Positions 33,675 to 47,647 of a stretch of 47,647 bases of DNA are shown here, in pieces. Numbering within the stretch: position 1 is the stretch's first letter; each line of letters begins with the position of its first letter. The position numbers and the translations under genes are program-made. The notes below the pieces were generated by a model. It was given only the letters and a program-made list of their open reading frames with translations. It was not told the origin of the DNA and did no database searches. Source of the stretch: Macrostomum lignano (lineage: Eukaryota); NCBI GenBank assembly GCA_002269645.1, contig NIVC01001227.1:34682-82328 (forward strand), read 5' to 3'.

Positions 33675-33962
33675 ATGGCCGCCCGATGCCGCTCGCCAGC
33701 AGCCCGCCAGCTCCTGGCCGCCGCCGCCGCCTGCTCTGCGCCCCGGACAGCCGCAGCCAGCACTCCTGCCAGCCCGAGCGTGAGGCTGGAGTGGTGGCAC
33801 TACTTCATCATCGCCTGCTCCATCGGCCTGCTCTGCGTGGCCATCATTGTCTACTGCTACTGCAAGAAGAAGCGGCAGCCGGCTTTGTCCGGCGAGTCGC
33901 CGAATCCCCGGCGGGTGATTCGAGTTGGCAACATGGTTGGCAAGCTGAACCAGCTGGCCTAG
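33675..33962 (+). CDS. Candidate small single-pass membrane protein (95 aa, or last exon of a longer gene)
   Basis: GC-rich, exon-like composition; TM WWHYFIIACSIGLLCVAIIVYCYC followed by KKKR; start codon uncertain. Confidence 0.55.
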   Translation: MAARCRSPAARQLLAAAAACSAPRTAAASTPASPSVRLEWWHYFIIACSIGLLCVAIIVYCYCKKKRQPALSGESPNPRRVIRVGNMVGKLNQLA

Positions 33963-34059
33963 GGGGCTGCAGGGCTCTGCGACACTGTTGAGGGTGAACT
34001 CGGACCAGGACGTGCAGGTTGGAGAGGATGGCGGCGACCCAGGGTTGAATGGGGAGATT

Positions 34060-35045
34060 GATTAGGGTGAAGGGTGAGAACTGAAAGGGATTAGGGGAGT
34101 GAATTAGAATGAGAAAGGATTAAAGGGCGAAGCGATCAGGATTACATAAGAAGGGATTAGGGTTGGGAAGGGATTAAAGTGAGAAGGGACTAGAGTGAAA
34201 AAGGATTAGAGTGATAAGGGACTTGAGAAGCGATTAGGGTAAGAAGGGACTAGAGTGAGAAGGGATTAGGTTGAGAAGGGACTAGAGTGAGAAGGGATTA
34301 GGTTGAGAAGGGACTAGAGTGAGAAGGGATTAGGTTGAGAAGGGACTAGAGTGAGAAGGGATTAGGTTGAGAAGGGATTAGATTTAGAAGGGACTAGAGT
34401 GAGAAGGGATTAGGTTGAGAAGGGATTAGATTTAGAAGGGACTAGAGTGAGAAGGGATTAAGGGTGAGAAGGGACTAGAGTGAGAAGGGATTAGGTTGAG
34501 AATGGATCAGAGTGAGAAGGGATTAGATTGAGAAGGGATTAGGGTGAGAATGGATCAGAGTGAGAAGGGATTAGGTTGAGAAGGGATTAGGGTGAGAATG
34601 GATCAGAGTGAGAAGGGATTAGGGTGAGAATGGATCAGAGTCAGAAGGGATTAGGGTGAGAATGGATCAGAGTGAGAAGGGATTAGGTTGAGAAGGGATT
34701 AGGGTGAGAATGGATCAGAGTGAGAAGGGATTAGGGTGAGAATGGATCAGAGTGAGAAGGGATTAGGTTGAGAAGGGATTAGGGTGAGAATGGATCAGAG
34801 TGAGAAGGGATTAGGGTGAGAATGGATCAGAGTGAGAAGGGATTAGGGTGAGAATGGATCAGAGTGAGAAGGGATTAGGGTGAGAATGGATCAGAGTCAG
34901 AAGGGATTAGGTTGAGAAGGGATTAGGGTGAGAATGGATCAGAGTGAGAAGGGATTAGGTTGAGAAGAGATTAGGTTGAGAAGGGACTAGAGTGAGAATG
35001 GATCAGAGTGAGTAGGGACTAGAGTGAGAAGGGATTAGAAGAGAA
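34060..35045. repeat. Purine-rich ~16-bp-based satellite with degenerate TTAGGG-like cores
   Basis: gagaagggattagggt / gagaatggatcagagt / gagaagggactagagt units alternate. Confidence 0.9.
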
Positions 35046-36010
35046 ATGCCTGATAAAAGAGGTGAGAAGGAATTCGAATACGTTAGATGGGAGAGCATAC
35101 TTAAAGTAATGACTTCTGCATGCAGTCGTGGATTTTGTTTATATTTTGTTCAACTCGCGTCCAGTTGTTTGCACGAGAAGGCTTCGCGTGCACACGGAGA
35201 TATTTAGTAGCGATAAACCTTTTGCAGCTTCTGCCCTGTGCTTCATCCAGAAGTTCGCCTGTTAGTAACTCGACTTTCGTATGAGCTGATAAAATAAAGT
35301 TTTTAAGCTGGCTTAAGAAATTGATATTCTCTAATTTGTATATTTAATGCTTTTGCATTATATTGTTTCTCAAAATCATATTGCCAATAAACAGAATAAA
35401 AAAATATCCAGCATTTTGATAGATAAAATGTGTCTCAAGCTTTAATGAAAAAGAAAAGGTAAAGCAAAAATTAGCCTGTAAATATAGATATAAGGAGTTC
35501 ATAATAAGTAAAAGTTTGTAATAATCCATATTTCAAAGATCATATGCATATATAGGCAAAAACGGTTACTCAGTGCATTGACCAGGGAGAACCGAATTCC
35601 GAGGTTTCAGATTTTAACAAAAAAAGAATAAAATAAAATCGGATTAACAGCTGACCAGATGTGCGATAATAAAATAATTAAAACAGAAACTGTAAGTTAT
35701 TGCTGAACATTCAAGCAGGATCAGAGAAGTGCATTATTTGCTACAAAGGCAGAGGGGCAGTCCGTGACCCAAGCTAAAGCAGAGTGAGAGGAAAAATCTG
35801 CTTGGGGAAGGCAAAGCCTGGCGCGTGCTGGTTGCTGGATGAGGCATCCGCGGGTCTCGGGGAACAATTGAGCTGAAAAACTCGCAAACAGCACGAAGAG
35901 GGGAAGAGAGGAGACTGCATGGCTTCAGTTTGAGTCTTCAAGTTGAAAAAAATCAAGTATTGTTTGAATTCGCGCACAGTGCAGACTGCAGCGGACCGGG
36001 TTGCCCCAGC

Positions 36011-46747
<10,737 letters not shown>

Positions 46748-46959
46748 CTGAGGGTTGAGCGGTTAGAGAGGAAGATAAGCTCTGAATTTCTGTAACTGGG
46801 ATGAACTCCCTTCCCACTTATAAATGTGCATTCGGACTGCTTGAAAGGGTTGGTTGGAATGGTCGGGCAGAAGGTACTCAAAGATTTTTCGAGGTATCAA
46901 AATGCCAAGTGCGATGACTTGTGTGTGCTCAAAGGTAGCGCGTCAACACACGGGGCGCC

Positions 46960-47647
46960 ATTACTGGGGCGCCAGCACAAGGGCGCCAGCAAGGGCCCAG
47001 CACCACAGGGCGCCAGCACCAAGGGCGCCAGCACCAAGGGGCGCCAGCACAAGCGGGCGCCAGCACCAAGGGGCGCCAGCACACAGGGGCGCCAGCACAA
47101 GGGCGCCAGCACCAGCAGCGCCAAGGGCGCCAGCACCAAGGCGGCAGCAAAGGGGCGCAGCACCAAGGGCGCCAGCACCAAGGGGCGCCAGCACCAAGGG
47201 CGCCGCACCAAGGGCCCAGCACCAAGGGGCGCCAGCACCAAGGGGCGCCAGCACCAAGGGCGCCAGCCAAGGGGCGCCAGCACCAAGGGCGCCAGCACCA
47301 AGGGCGCCAGCAAAGGGCGCCAGCACCAAGGGGCGCCAGCACCAAAGGGCGCCAGCACCAAGGGGCGCCAGCACCAAGGGGCGCCAGCCACCAAGGGCGC
47401 CAGCACAAGGGCGCGCCAGCACCAAGGGGCGCCAGCACAAGGGCGCACACAGGCGCCAGCACAAGGGGCGCCAGCACCAAGGGGCGCCAGCACCAAGGGC
47501 GCCAGCACAAGGGCGCCACGCACAAGGGGCGCCAGCACCAAGGGGCGCCAGCACCAAGGGCGCCAGCACCAAGGGGCGCCAGCACCAAGGGGCGCCAGCA
47601 CCAAGGGCGCCGCCAAGGGGCGCCAGCACCAAGGGCGCCAGCACCAA
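46960..47647. repeat. 16-17-bp GC-rich intronic minisatellite, truncated by window end, many small indels
   Basis: ggcgccagcaccaagg(g). Confidence 0.93.

Noticed and set aside
34060-35045. True telomere or chromosome-fusion scar
   Set aside because: No pure (TTAGGG)n run and no head-to-head inversion; genes lie on both sides.

Overview
Eukaryotic, intron-containing animal DNA. Exons are GC-rich, spacers AT-rich, and most long introns are filled by a private minisatellite. This style resembles the flatworm Macrostomum lignano (inference, not proven). Supported genes: phytochelatin synthase (+, 2 exons, one 1-nt frameshift); a secreted PSI-domain + class-3 lipase (-); an unusual Tpt1/KptA N-lobe + BC-box-like + LRR protein (-), head-to-head with selenoprotein T (+, in-frame UGA and a type II SECIS); CWC15 (+); endonuclease IV/APN1 (+); a candidate single-pass membrane microprotein (+); and the 3' two-thirds of a KIF28-like kinesin-3 (-) ending in a CaaX-like CSIQ. 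A young, full-length Ty3/Gypsy element (222-bp LTRs with 2 mismatches, 5-bp TSD, one nonsense codon) sits in a kinesin intron. The window opens in a foldback-like structure: inverted arrays of a 161-bp unit flanking a degraded transposase-like spacer. Also present are a Merlin transposase relic, MITEs and SINE/LINE fragments. Several 1-nt losses in base runs suggest long-read consensus error. Repeat boundaries and copy numbers are manual estimates. All calls were made by eye; no database searches were run.
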